Of a stretch of DNA of 64,000 nucleotides, positions 27,501 to 40,980 are shown in pieces (within the stretch, counting starts at the first letter, position 1; each line of letters begins with the position of its first letter). The DNA comes from Tubiluchus corallicola (Eukaryota; Animalia; Priapulida): contig JAQGDQ010000061.1 in the NCBI GenBank assembly GCA_030141605.1, positions 607,685 to 671,684 of the forward strand. Direction: 5' to 3'. Both the position numbers and the translations under genes were made by a program. Under the pieces are notes generated by a model. That model was given only the letters and a program-made list of their open reading frames with translations. It did not search any database and was not told where the DNA came from.

Positions 27501-30500
27501 TGAGATGTTCTGCCATTTAGCTGTGAGAAAAATTATGACGCGCGCAACTTATTAAATTTTGTATGAACAGTGGGTGGGCTGTAAACTTAACAGTCTCAAA
27601 TCAGTTTTATGTTTGACTATCCACCTTTCGCTGGGTAGATAATCTTGACACTAAATAAATTAAGCTTAAGTAATGGATCATTCGCAATGCAGTGTATTAT
27701 GAACTTGCTTTTAAGACATACGACAACTACAATAGAATACAATGAATATTACCTAGGTAAATGTAGGTAAAATACATTTTTTAAAGCAGAATTTTTCACA
27801 TTTGAGGAAGTCCATGTACCAGAATTTAGATGTCATTTGAGACCCTCTAAAATGTGAAAATGTGTGTAAATACAGGAAAATTCGTTGGTGGCTTCGAGAG
27901 CTCCCCCAGGCCCCCTAGCTGTTTGTGAGTCAAATTTTTTAAACTTTGGTTGTGCCCAAGTATAGACATATAACATGTGATATTTTTAAGTTGTTCAATG
28001 TGAAATTTCTCACAGCTACTCATTCCATATTGACACCTAAGGCAGAAACTACCGTGTAATTCACAATTATTTTAATTAAATTATACAGCATTAGACTTTT
28101 CATACTACGGTTTCAAAATGAAGGTAACGCAAAGGAAATTCGGTCAGTAACTAAAATTACAAAAACTCATACCAATACATTTATCTGTTTTACATGGTAT
28201 AATTTCAGAAAGATAGTCAACTAGTAAACACTTACAATCTGATCTGATGTCGGTCGCAGTAATCGTGATATAACACTAATTAAATCTTGTCGTTTCAAAA
28301 GTTTCAGTTCTACTAACATTCCTTCGCAACACGTTCGACCGCTGCACCAAAGTAAGTACAAGTTTTCTGATTCCTTCAACATTTCGCATGATTCAGGTTC
28401 AGTGGCAACTCCATCGTCACCTTAAAAAAATAAAGCAACAGCATAATTTTTATAGTTTTGTCCATGTGCATTCCTTATCAGGTAACAGAAACCAAAACTC
28501 TAAAAAAACACCCTAATTTAGTTAGCTGACTTTTCCGCATTACAGTCAGGCATCAGAATTGTACAGATGTACCTGCCTCAATGCAAGCGCGTTATTCCAA
28601 GAAAGACACTTGCAGCATGTGTGATAGAAAGTCACCACTTTGGGTAGTCAGAATGCTCAAGAATGGCAAAAAGGCAGGACGTCAGTAATGATCCTGCTGT
28701 CGTTAAATCACTAACTGCTAACGAAGCTACATAAATTACAATAAAAAAATTTTACTCCTAATAATACTGAAATAATGAACACGAAAATTCTCTCAAAAAA
28801 AGAAAGTTCTGAGGTTTGCAACATGGTACTTAAAAAATTAAAAAAACCATAATAAGGATGCACATTGCAGGCAAGGATCATTCTCTGTGCAGTTAAAGCA
28901 AGTACACGCCAACAAACATGCAAGCAAAATTTTTTTCTAAAAACTAAATGCTATAGTATATATTTGAGCACAAATAGCAGGTGATCTAAAATAACAATAC
29001 AAAATAAAGTTGTTTAGATTCTAAAATTTATCTGTGAATACTTTTTTTCAAAATTAAAAGTTATTAATTTTCTCAAATAGTTCATATTTTGCATTGTAAA
29101 AATCATTACTGATGTAATGACCAATTCTTGGAATGAACTGATACCAATACTAGTACAGTCATTCACACTGTACATAAGGTCACTTACCAACTAGACTAAA
29201 ATTTGATTCCAACAATTCACGATGTGAATTCAACCAAGCAGCTGCTAGTCTGCTGTTTTTGGTTTTTCCGTGAAGAAAGTTCAAAAAGTAAACTGCCAAG
29301 CCGACCAACATCAATATTTCTACATAAAAACTGTCCCAGTTTGTTCGTAGGTGCAATGGAATCTATAAACAAAAAATAACAACAGCAGTGCAAGTTATTT
29401 AAATAACATGAAAATATTTTTGCATCTAATTACAGCAATATTTTCTACATAAAAATTGCAACAAATAAGCGCATAGCCAAAACAAGGCAACCTGCCCAGA
29501 ATTCGAAATACGACCTACAAATTACAGCAGGACATATATAACTTCATTTACACTGCACTCTTTTAGCATGGATGTTTGCTAATCTTGTAACAGATAAAAA
29601 TAGTCTAAAGTATTTTGTCAATAAAGTATGTAATAAATAATTTTGCTAGTTATTACACAGTTATTCAGACCTGCGTAGTTACTGTGCATCACTACCTACT
29701 CAATGTAAGATTCAGTGAACAACGTATCGAGTCGAAACTTACATTTGTAATTTTCAAGTCTGGCTTCTCCTGCGGCTTTCCCGGGCTGGGTTTTGATTCA
29801 CCATCAAATCCCTCAAATTCATCCTCATCAAAATGATCAAATTCATCATCCTCATCCTACAAAAAGGTCTCAGCTAAGAGTCACAAAACTTAATTTCCTA
29901 AAATTGTAAAATGCAATGCACCCCAGACGTTTTTTAATTTCTATTTCAATAGCATTTATACTTAAAAGCATCACCTTACTTCCAAATTAAATAAAAATAT
30001 TAATTATATTTTGCAACAATTTCTACTATTGAATGAATCTAGGAGCAACAAAATATAAAGTTTAGGTTTAGTCTCACAATTAGTCTTCAAAATCACTCAA
30101 ATTGTCTTTAAAAATGAACATTTTTAATTTTAACTCGTCTTTGACGTTAGAATCAGAAACCTTACTAGACAAATCCTCTTAGTTTCAATAAGCAGCAACT
30201 GTTATTATCAAGACGCCAACAAGATTTTGTAATCATGTTTCAAAAGTACATTAGCAAATTACTTACAGGTGTTTAATTACTTCACATCACACATCACACA
30301 CTTTTGTAAGTTACAAATCAAAAGCAGTCAAACAGCTTTGACAAGTCTCAGTTGATTCCAAAAATAAACGAAGTCTAGATTGAAACATGAAGAGAATAAT
30401 TTTGTAAATGCACTGTGTAAAATACGAGGACTTAGATCATCCGATCTCTTGCTACATATGCCTATTTGTTAAACACATCAGCTCACAGACAGCAGCAACT

Positions 30501-31352
30501 ATGTATGTACACTGTCATTCTGTGTGCATCGAAGACACACGACATAAAATTATACATAACACACATCAAATGTGTGGTTTGGTTATTCCCACCATTCAAT
30601 TATCTGTGAACACTCAGGCAGTGATTAACAAAGTTAGGCAGAAGTTAAAAATTGACTTTCTAAACTGCACATTGCCAGAGTTGTCATTTCACTCATCTAC
30701 ATTAGACGGGCAATTTTTCATGCTCACTGGGCTACTCGTTTGCTAAGATAAATTTGCCGGAGTTCTAGTTGTTCTTGCTTCTGCTGCCTAAGAAACTGAT
30801 GAATGAGGATGAAAAGGAGATATGAAGTCAAAAAACATGCAATTTATAAGTTTTTCGCTGACAAATACGAAAGAATGCAGTGAGGGTCAATCAAAGTCAG
30901 TTTTGGTTTATGTAAATTTTTGAAATTTCAACAGCTGGAATGTAATTTGATATGACTAGCAAAGTTAACTATGAATATGAGTAGACACAAACCTCCCCAT
31001 AGTTACTTGCAGGTATTGCTATTAATTAGGTCATAATTTGCTATCACTAAGTCCTAATTTATTATATTTTCAAATCTAAAATACCCTATGTACTGAAATG
31101 CAAGATTACCTCAACGATTCCATCATCATCGTCTTCATTTTGGTCATCCTCAGGAGCATAATGACCTTGCTTACCCGAAGCGTCATGACTGTCTATTGGC
31201 ACTTTCTCAAATTCATCGTCTTCATCATCAAAATCTTCAAACTCGGCAAAATCATTATCATCTACCTCAGCACCATGTTGGTTGGCATTGCACAATAACA
31301 GAAGTGAGCTTAGTATAAATAGTACTGATATCACAGTGTCTTTTCGTTTCAT
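21582..31352 (-). CDS. CCDC47: PAT complex subunit CCDC47 (calumin), ~472 aa, 11 coding exons
   Basis: Exons (minus) 31352-31110, 29856-29743, 29362-29188, 28420-28236, 26792-26691, 26018-25908, 25334-25193, 24979-24870, 24358-24191, 22620-22564, 21593-21582; phases consistent, total 1419 nt. Signal peptide, acidic [12 protein letters not shown] lumenal region, [20 protein letters not shown] segment, [61 protein letters not shown] and a coiled-coil C-terminus. Confidence 0.96.
22018..22539. mobile_element. Non-autonomous piggyBac-type element (522 bp) in the last CCDC47 intron
   Basis: TTAA at 22014-22017 and 22540-22543; ends CCCTTGCCTA / reverse complement CCCTTGCTTA. Confidence 0.75.
23167..23694. 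mobile_element. Tc1/mariner (pogo/Tigger-like) MITE, 528 bp
   Basis: TA TSD (23165-23166, 23695-23696); 26-bp TIR CAGTGGACTCTCGTTATAAGAATCAC with 2 mismatches; repeated subterminal GATTCTTATA motifs. Confidence 0.85.
25634..25908 (-). ncRNA. Candidate intronic structured RNA (unassigned)
   Basis: GC-richer island with four adjacent hairpins and a long interrupted closing stem, found by eye. No family recognised; a SINE origin is not excluded. Confidence 0.3.
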
Positions 31353-31409
31353 TGTGAAGCATTACTCAAAATGTATACCTATAATGAAAAAAATGCTCAG
31401 TAAGAGTTA

Positions 31410-31730
31410 TGGCCAGTTTACACATAAGGCGGAAAACCGTGCAGTTTCCCGTTCAGTTTCCTGCTGTTAATTGCTCTACGTTATTTCAAATGATGCCGTT
31501 TATACATGATGTGGGAGACCGCGTCGACTGCGTGGTTTCCCATGCTGATTGCTCTCAGAGCATTTTTTTACAAAAACCTGTGATTTTCATGTTCACAACC
31601 AATCAGAAGAGAAGCTAGTATTATACAATAAAAGCTTAACTGAGTAAAAAGATGGTACAAGAAATAACTTTTACAAAAACAATTTTCTGTATATCTGTAT
31701 TGAGATTCTGTCTGTCTTCCTTCTATTTGT

Positions 31731-31773
<43 letters not shown>

Positions 31774-31804
31774 CCCCCCTCTCTCTCTCTCTCTTTCTCT
31801 CTCT

Positions 31805-31856
<52 letters not shown>

Positions 31857-32031
31857 ACTGTGACTTTGTCTATACAGTGCCAACATTTCATCCACAATGA
31901 ATGATGCCATTTCCAAAAGTGGGGTGGAAATTATATAAACAGATAAACTGCTCTAAAATTGAATGGCGAGTCGCATGGGAAAACCACCCGATTTTTCCTC
32001 AGGAGAAACTGCCGTATGTAAAAACAGGCCA
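31410..32031. mobile_element. PIF/Harbinger-type MITE carrying a CT microsatellite
   Basis: TTA at 31407-31409 and 32032-32034; imperfect TIR TGGCCAGTTTACACATAAGGCGG / TGGCCTGTTTTTACATACGGCAG; internal inverted pair gtggtttcccatgc / gcatgggaaaaccac. Confidence 0.75.
31734..31856. repeat. Interrupted (CT)n microsatellite
   Basis: Seen directly; source of spurious ER/SL ORFs. Confidence 0.95.
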
Positions 32032-34020
32032 TTAGGAAGTGATTCCGCTATTTTTATGACATCATAACAATAATACAAAGTAAATAAGTTGCTATATGCA
32101 ATTTTAATTAGTTAAATGAGAATTTTTGAGTTCTTACACTGAAAAAAAACTTTGAGAAATTCCTCAGTTATGGCATCTAAATTTACAGTTACCCATGACA
32201 CTGCTTACATTAAAGATGCTCTACCAAATATACTAAGAAAAAACTGTTGGACAGCCAAAGTTTTAAATACATGTGTCTGAGAATGATTGAGTATCATCGT
32301 TTTGTATGACAGTGTCATCCTCAATGCAAAAAATATTAAAAATGAAAGCTTGTAGTTGAATTCAATTAATAACACCCAAATCTTCAGCTTCAAAATTACA
32401 AGTCAAGTGAACTATGAGACTGAAAAAAATGAAAATATCTCTGGAGAGTTCACATATGGACTTCTCAAATCAAACTAGTTTTCCACATCAGGTCATCAGC
32501 AAGAACAGATCTATAAAGCCATTAATGTATGAAATAATGCACATACAGTACAAATATCACTTTTAATAGAAGTCATAAAATTCAAGTTAACAAAAACAGA
32601 TGTAACATTTCGCAAACTTTATAGAAAAACAGTAAGTGCATGTATCAGAATTCCCTACAGCCTTGTTGTATAGCAGTATTTGAAGAAAAAATAGTAAAAC
32701 AGAATTCAAAGAGAAACAACTGCGAAGTCATTATGCCCTTCATTTGCATCAAAGAGGATCATTACTTTGCACAAGACCTGTATTCCCCCCCCCCAAAGGA
32801 TATTTACTGTATTTACTGACAATTGTAGTACAAATGCTAAACCTCTGGGGCAAATTACAGACTTGTTAAAATAGTAAGAGCCAATTGTTACTTGTTTGCC
32901 ACAAACAATAAATTATATTTTCTTCAAATTAGTTATGCAGGCTTACAAGTATATTGCATAGTACTATGAAAAGCAGCTGTAAATAGACCTCAATGTGACT
33001 TCTAGCTCACTGTGGAAAAATGACTAATATACAACAACATCTCCCACACGGACATCTTACGTACAAAAAGATACTGCTTTATTAAGCATTTTGCTCATTC
33101 AAACATTTATAAGACTGCTAATTCTTCAGAAATGTAAAGTAAACTCATATTACATTTTATAAGCAAGCAAAAGCACATAAGAGATTTGCCCACAAAGACA
33201 GTTCTCATACAATTGATATATGAGCAATATGATTACACATTCAAGATGCTTAATCATATGCTTATCAAGGTTCTTGAATTCCATTATCAAGGTTCGAACC
33301 ACCCATTGACAAAACAGCAGCTTTACTGTTTTGATCACAAGTAATGCTAATTTCAGAATTATTTTGCTGGCTTTTCGTCATACGAAAACTGTTCTTGGCT
33401 AGCCAAGCACTGACCTAGCCTGCTTACCAAAATTCATAAACATGGAATACCACTTGTAGCTTTTGCCATCTTCAAGAGAAAGATAGCCATTCCATGTAAA
33501 CTGCATTACCAAGGTACTGTTTTCCCTAGTGTTTTCCCTCAAGATGCTTTCCCTGATACCTATCTAGATATTTTACGTGCAAGATGTACAAAATACGTAT
33601 CTGCAATGTCCTTATCACTAAGACCTAAAAACACGTTTGTTTCCGATTTGTAATCATTTTACATTATGGGTATGTATGAATTTTATTTTATTTTTTATAT
33701 TTTTGTGTGACGAGATATCCAGTTTGTACTAAATACAAAGCTTGAAACTGCTGTTATAAGAAATAATTTGACAAGTGCCATACGGGTAGAGCAAGCTTAG
33801 CGTCATCTATAGACACTTCGCACACACCCACACCTTACAAACATGAAGAACTTGAAAATGTCTTACCTAAAATAAACAGATCTGGTCAAATAGCACATAT
33901 CTGCAAGGATATAAACATAAACCTACTACAATATGAACACAAACCACAAATAAATGACTATCTGAATAAGCTATTTACAAATCCCTACACAACATTAATA
34001 ATTAATATATCCAACTAGCC

Positions 34021-36328
34021 TAGCGTTTCCATCGGGTACCCCGGTAACTACCCGCATTGTTTGCTACCCGAACCTGATAATTCTACCCGGTTCCAACATT
34101 GAATGAAAATGCACACATTACTGTTAACACGATATCCATTGTTTGAGACTTTAAAATTTAAATGGCATCTGCGGGGCATTTCTACAGTAGGTACGATAGT
34201 CTATTAGCAAACTATCAATTGCTGCATTGGCAGCGTGACAGACCAATAGTGCACCTGCAGTGAGATGACTGTCAGCAGCTCTAATAGCTGTTAGTTCAAG
34301 TGATTAGAATGATTTCAGCAAAAAAGCAATGTTTTGAGCGCGTTGAAGGGATGCGGTGAACTCTTAAAATACTGTGGTAGTAGTATGTCGTCATTATTAA
34401 AACATTTGAAAGGCAAACGTCCTGGTACAGATACTACTGGTCAAAGAAAAGTTATTCTAAGCAGCCCAGGATCAAGGATGCTTTCAATTCAAAACGGAAA
34501 GATAGTAGTCCTTGTTTTAGAGAAAGAAGAAAAGAAGTGACAGACTTGCTCTGCAATATTATAATTGAAGACTTAAGACCATTATCAATGCTTAAAAGTT
34601 CTATCCGTCAGTTCCTAAACAATGTGGAAATTAATTTTCCTATTCCAAGCCAAGCAGAAATTCACAACAACATCATTAAACTATATGATGTACGCCGACA
34701 AAACGTGTCAGCAAATGCGACTAGGTGTCTGCCATGACAAAGCTAGGTTCTTACAGTATCCCATGCTTTGCTCATTCTATTCAGCTAGCTATTAATGCCG
34801 GCCTGACAGTGAGAACTGTGTCCAATATGTTTGCAAATACAAGTTCCATAGCTGGCTCTTTTCGCAAGTCAAATCCTACTACATAGATAATCTTTTGCTG
34901 CATAGATTGGTTCAGTTAAAAGATTCAATAGCGGAAGTGATGGCAGATCTCGCTCTTGGCAAAGATTTTTGTCGTTATCCAACCAAAAATTTATGCGCTG
35001 ACGAATGGTATTCAGCTGAAGAATAACATTTGTTTTATTTTGGAAATTTTTTTTAAAAAATATTGCTTTTCGTTACTTAGCACATTGTCAGTTTATGTTG
35101 AAAACAACTTCTGTTTTGGCACAATGCCACCCTATGCTCAAACACCGAGTTTCATTTGTAAATTATTACTCATTATCTGAACTACTACATAAATGTGCTT
35201 GCAAAGACGTCCATAAGTCGGCAATTAAGCTCTTTTAGTTATTCACATAATTATCCTGAATCTCCATTTCATGATGATCATTTTGATACCAAGCTTATCG
35301 CTCTACGTTATTTCTGAGTTGAAATAATCCACATTGAAGTTGAAGTGCAGGCTACACAATGAAAAACATATCATTAAGAAAACTGCTGTTGAAGTTGGCC
35401 ATTACGCATTTCTACAAAACACTTAGCAACTGCACAAAAATTTGTTGTTACAGACTTTGCGAGACAACGCTGAAGTTATGTTTAAATCCAGTATATGGCT
35501 CTTCCTGTCGAAGAGTAACAGAAAAAACCCAAAGCAAAATGGCTGCTTCTACGAGCTACTATCGGGAGTTTGAAGTACACGTTTTTTATAATTGCAGTAT
35601 TAGTCTCTAGCCAGAAAAGTAGGTACGGTGTTATAAAATTGGATTTTTAGTATTTTTTTAACATTTTTTTTGATAAAATGATGCTAGAATACAAAACTCC
35701 AGTACATTTAGCATTTGTTTTCATAAAAAACAAAAAATTGACATTTGACCAAATTTTTGGTGCTGTCTACTTTGAAGCACGGTAACATAGTTTTAACTAT
35801 GCCGACTTATGGATGGTTTTGATTTGCACACATCACTTTTGCCATAAGAAATACACGCAAAACAACTATGATTTCTTTACTAAGAGACTAGCTATCTAAA
35901 TGAAATTATTTATTAACTTTAAAAGACTATCTCAGGCCACTAATAAAGATGTGAATAAACAGCTTCTTAAGTTTAACAACACACAAAAAATGGCAATATA
36001 CATAATTGTAAATCCCTTAATCCCTACGCTGTATTAATTTGGTAACTAGGTTGACACACTGACTCATTGATAATGCGGGCAATGTGAATGTAAGTAATTA
36101 AAAGTCTGACACACAAAAAGGGAAAAATGTTAACTATCGTGACTCATAGGTCGTGTCAAGACAATACTGCCGTTAGGTGAAACACACAAGTGGTTGTTTC
36201 TAGGTACGAACAAAAGTGATTTTAATTTCTTTACAGCAACTAAATCTTATTAACAACCGGGTACCCGACGGGTATAAGGAAAAGAGTACCCGAGTCTAAC
36301 TTTTGCTATGCTACCAGTGCAAACACTA
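34021..36328 (+). mobile_element. Decayed hAT transposon (ZBED1/Ac-like transposase relic)
   Basis: 8-bp TSD aactagcc (34013-34020) / aactagac (36329-36336); ends TAGCGTTTCCA / TAGTGTTTGCA; subterminal TACCCG repeats at both ends. Frameshifted BED finger (CGELLKYCGSSMSSLLKHLK), Hermes-type DNA-binding segment (IIEDLRPLS...FPIPS) and CxxH motif PCFAHSIQLAINAGL at ~34761-34805. Confidence 0.88.
35208..35816. mobile_element. MITE-like insertion inside the hAT relic
   Basis: Inverted TCCATAAGTCGGCA at 35210-35223 and 35800-35813; TSD not resolved. Confidence 0.5.
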
Positions 36329-38520
36329 AACTAGACTCACTTATTGTTCAAAAACACATCTTTACATGAAAGTCTGCAGAAAGGGTGCACATCTGGCTGC
36401 CGTTGATTTAGATAAATTTATAAAATTTATCTCTTGTAATACACGAATATTATAATTTTTATATCAAGTACCTAAGTGAATAAAAATGTCTATTTCTATG
36501 TCTAAGCAAAGTAAGTTATTAGTCGTTAGAGAAAAGGTAGCGAAGGGATGGCCGTAAAGCAAGATTGACAAAAAACAAGCCCAGATTAAGTTGTGCCTCA
36601 TAAAAAAATTGTATTTTCATCTTCATTATTTTGGCACTGCATACATGAATTGATGCAGTCTTGTGTCTTCCACGTTATGACATTTGTGGATGAACAGAAT
36701 TATTGTTAAAGTAAAAGAAGCAAAACGGAACCGACAAAAAGGAGGCAAGCGCATGTAGCATAAAGCAGTGACATCAATTACCTATTACTCGCACTGGCTT
36801 ATAGATTGAGTTATTCTGACTTCTGACATAAAATTAACTTCGTCGTTCCTTTCGTTGATGACTCCCAGTTATTAATAATGCGGGAAACCTTTCGCTGCAT
36901 TTACGTGCAACTTGGCTCTAAAAAGCTTTACGGTGACTAACCAGGGGGACTCAGTGGAAAGACATATAAGTTCAGTAATTAGTATACCTTCGTAAATTAA
37001 TGTATTATTAAACAGTGACATGATATAGCTTATTATGACCAATGTGAAAATATTGGCGAACGTCAGTAAGCAGCTTGTTTTTACAGGCTAACAACATCTC
37101 TAAATATAGTTATTACTATTAGTTGGATTAGGTGTAATTCTTATTCAGCAATAAGAAATTTAATTATGTATAACGGATAAAAAGAAAGCTAATGATATGA
37201 CGCATAGCAGGAGCAAATCTTGAGTGCCCTCTAGCTTTTTTTGTTGATGAACCTCCCTGTAAACATTGCCTTATGGGTCAGGTCTGGGCCATTCTGGGCT
37301 TTATGGCATGGGATTGGTCGAGTACAGGCAAGCCAAAACGGGTAATCGGGCTAGTAACTTGCTTGTACTGCGCCAGAACCGTTAGCACACTGACATGTTT
37401 TTGGCCTAGAACATTGGGCAATAAATGCTCATTATTTGTTTATGCAACTATAGTGAATAAAACTAATATTCAGTTAACTGCAGTAACAGTTAATGAAGTC
37501 CTGGTCTTATTCACTGCTGCTCCGTAAACACATGAGCATATATAAACTCAAATGTTCATTATGTAGCCATGGAATTACAGCACTGAGAACAATGCCAGAA
37601 TTGAAAACAATTACTATACTGGCTCAATAATAATGCTGGCTTAATTAGGTTGCCTGAATTAAACATTAATACAGCTAATTCTGGCACAGTAATACAGTTT
37701 CAGTTTCAGGTATAGTACTGATGGCAAAAAAAGTCAAAACATGTATGTGCATGGGTTAATGAGCTAGGCTAATTCCTGCAGACAAGCTATACAAATCAGC
37801 AATGAAAGTATAATAAATTTATTAAACAAAATTTCTCAAAAAGTAAAAATTAATAAAAATCTTATAATCAGCCTTCAGTATACTTAAATATTGAGCCATG
37901 TTGTTATAATTACAATAGATACCTATATGGAAGTTCCTTTCAATGTAAAATTGATCTAAGTTTGTCGCATACGTGTATTTTTTGGCTGACCAGTTATTAC
38001 AAAAATTCACATCGAATCTTAAAAATCTGTCTTCCATTTATCCATTTGCATCTCAAGACAAAATGTTTACTCGTAGAATTCTTTTGTATAAACTCTCAAT
38101 TTAGCATTACTCCGAAGAAAGTTAATGCTGAAACACTGAAACGCAATAAATTAATAAATAGCTAAACGCACTTTCATAAAAGATATTGAAAACAAAGGGT
38201 ACAGTTTTTAGTGCTGCTAGATTGGGAAGCACAATTCTCGAATTATTCAGTTTAGCAAGAAGATGCTTTTATAGATTTCTTTCATCCTCTGTATTTATCA
38301 AGCCAATTTCCAAGGCACATTTTTATTAATTTGGCGATATCTACCTCATCACTCTGAACATCTATTGCTCCGGTAAGTATAGAAAAAAATGAACACAGTT
38401 AGTTATGACTATTTTTTTTATCATAGCATGTAGTTTCGCTTAAACCATCTAAACAGCAAGTGAAGATGATTAGTAAGGGCATAGAGAGACAGAGATTGAG
38501 AGAAACAGAAAGAAAGACAG

Positions 38521-38673
<153 letters not shown>

Positions 38674-39921
38674 AAGTGTAAAATGAATTAGAGAATAGAA
38701 GTAAAAATTAAAAGGAGAAAAAATGGAAAAACAAAGTAGCATTTGTGCATACATAAATAATCCATGCATGATTTGACTCCTAATTACGCCCAAGTAATTA
38801 ATATATAATATAAACGTATGATTTGCGGTTTTAATTATACGTGTGCTTCAGTATATTCAATATTTTACCTTTTCACATCGTGCTTTTAAATAAGTGAGTT
38901 TACTATACTTATTACTGAAAAAAAAGAAAATATAATTGGCAAGAATATGTATCTTTAACATATTCTTGAGTCAGATTAACATAATTATATCTCATGGAAA
39001 AAAAACGTCAATATAGTAAATACATTATTCACGCTTGCAAAGCAACTGTAGCATCTCCCGGTAACTCTTGTTAACTCTTGGGAAGCAAATGACTTTCTCT
39101 CAGTGCGCTGTGATTGTACATCAGGTGTTGTCAAGTTAAGTGGGTCGGTGGCGGACTGCGTCTAAAATTTCTACCGGGGAAAAATTGTAAAAGGGCCCAG
39201 TCAAAAAAAAGACTGCACATTGTTCTAGCGGGAGTTTTCTATTTTGTTCTGGTAGGTGAGCTACGTGGTAATTATCCTAAATTCCTACTGTGTGCAGTAA
39301 GTGCGCATACCACATTAACAACAACAACAACAACAAATAAAATAAAATAAAGATATTATTCCTCGTTTTTGCAATACATAATTTCATTGCTGTCGAATAA
39401 TTTGTAACGCGCTTCTCTTAAACCAAAACAAAATTTAAAATATTATCCTTAAAAATGAAAAAAAAGCTTCATTAAACAAGGAACTGAGGATATCTACCAA
39501 AGGAAACTACATCATCAAAGAAGCCTTATTTAAACCTTCCCCGAATTTAGACAATTTTTTCTTTTTGTTAGTTTTTACTTTTTTCGGTTATTTTTAAAGT
39601 CCGTCACTTTGGGGCCCACCAAGAAATTTACCGGTATCTCTTTGCCAATGTACATTGTATGTATGTATTCAAATAAAACTGAATTGAAATGAATTGAATT
39701 GATGGGTCACTCCACCCTATTCAGCATGGCAAAACCAATTAAGGGAACAAAAGCTGGTTACCCCTTGCTTGCTTGGTGATTTAAAATAGCCCAACTGAAT
39801 AACTGTACAGCTTGTACTGGGCATGTCTAACAATCAGTCTGTGATTATATCTTTGATATTTATAATAAATAATTATGCCATGTTTGTGCAGTAAGAGAGC
39901 AAAAAATTTTTAGTAATGAAT

Positions 39922-40252
39922 ATGATGATGACGATGATAATGATGTATGATGACGGTGGCGGTGATGGTGATGACGACGATGATGATGATGATGGCGGTG
40001 GTGATAGCGATAATGGGGATTATGAAGATGATATATGATAATGATGATGATCTGTGACGAGGATGATTATAACGACAGCGATGATGATGGTGGTGGTCGT
40101 TACATATGGTGCTGGCAGCATTGATGGTTATGGCAGCAGTGATGGTGGTGGTCGTGGTGTTGGTATATATGGTGGTGGCAGCAGTGATGGTTATGGCAGC
40201 AATGATGTTTGTGATGGCGATAATGATGACATGTGATTTTGATGTATGATGA
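39922..40252. repeat. Degenerate (GAT/GGT)n low-complexity tract
   Basis: Seen directly; explains His/Ile/Thr-rich spurious ORFs. Confidence 0.9.
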
Positions 40253-40390
40253 TGATAATGATCATGATGATGAATACTTAAACAATATAAATAAATTAAA
40301 TAAATCACAACAGCACTAAATTTTATTTTAACTAAAACAACTGACATAAATTTAAAATTTAATCAATAAGCAGTCATGATTTCATATAGG

Positions 40391-40396
40391 TTTATT
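40391..40396 (-). terminator. Candidate polyadenylation signal of the GPCR gene
   Basis: TTTATT on plus, ~585 nt after the TAA and ~180 nt after the next in-frame stop. Confidence 0.35.
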
Positions 40397-40723
40397 TATG
40401 TAATTTGGAAAGAAAGTTTTTTTCATTTTAAGATACTAACATTTTAATTTTAGTATTCTTGGGACTATAAGTACTTGATAATAACCAACACCATAATTAT
40501 CAGTAATTGGTGTTTAACGTTGGTTCAAATAACTTGACGTGTCTGCTGACATATCGTGTTTGATTATGCACGCTATAATACTCCTGTACAATTTAAAACT
40601 GTTTTTTGCCATAACGAATCCGTTAATGGCGCGATTCTTGTTAGCCAGTTCCGGCCCACTCGTTCGCCTTGTCCCGTACGGGCAGTCATGCAGGCACGGC
40701 CGCAACTGCGCCACTCCTGCGCC

Positions 40724-40877
40724 ATGTTAACTATATTACTTGGGCCAGCAATGTTAACTATATTATTTGGGCCAGCAATGTTAACTATATTACTTGGACC
40801 AGCAATGTTAACTATATTACTTGGACCAGCAATGTTAACTATATTACTTGGACCAGCAATGTTAACTATATTATTCC
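40724..40877. repeat. 27-bp minisatellite, ~5.7 copies (atgttaactatattacttggaccagca)
   Basis: Units start at 40724, 40751, 40778, 40805, 40832 and 40859; two variable positions among the full copies. Confidence 0.97.
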
Positions 40878-40980
40878 TAGGAAGTGGCATGCCATCACTA
40901 GCACTCTCAAGTTTTGCCTTTATGTCAGCATTGTCAGAATGAGCCGTAATAAAGCCAAAACTGGCCCGTAATGTCAATAT

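Noticed and set aside
33428-33566. Minus-strand frame MQFTWNGYLSLEDGKSYKWYSMFMNF ending at a donor
   Set aside because: No recognisable family and no consistent neighbouring coding exons; at most a UTR exon or uORF.
39910-40347. 145-aa His/Ile/Thr-rich ORF (also 50913-51308)
   Set aside because: Translation of trinucleotide low-complexity DNA.
40724-40877. Possible CRISPR array
   Set aside because: Units are contiguous with no unique spacers, there are no cas genes, and the context is eukaryotic.
40556-40971. Plus-strand repeat ORFs (AMLTILLGP and NVNYITWTS repeats)
   Set aside because: Antisense shadows of the 27-bp minisatellite with no gene context.
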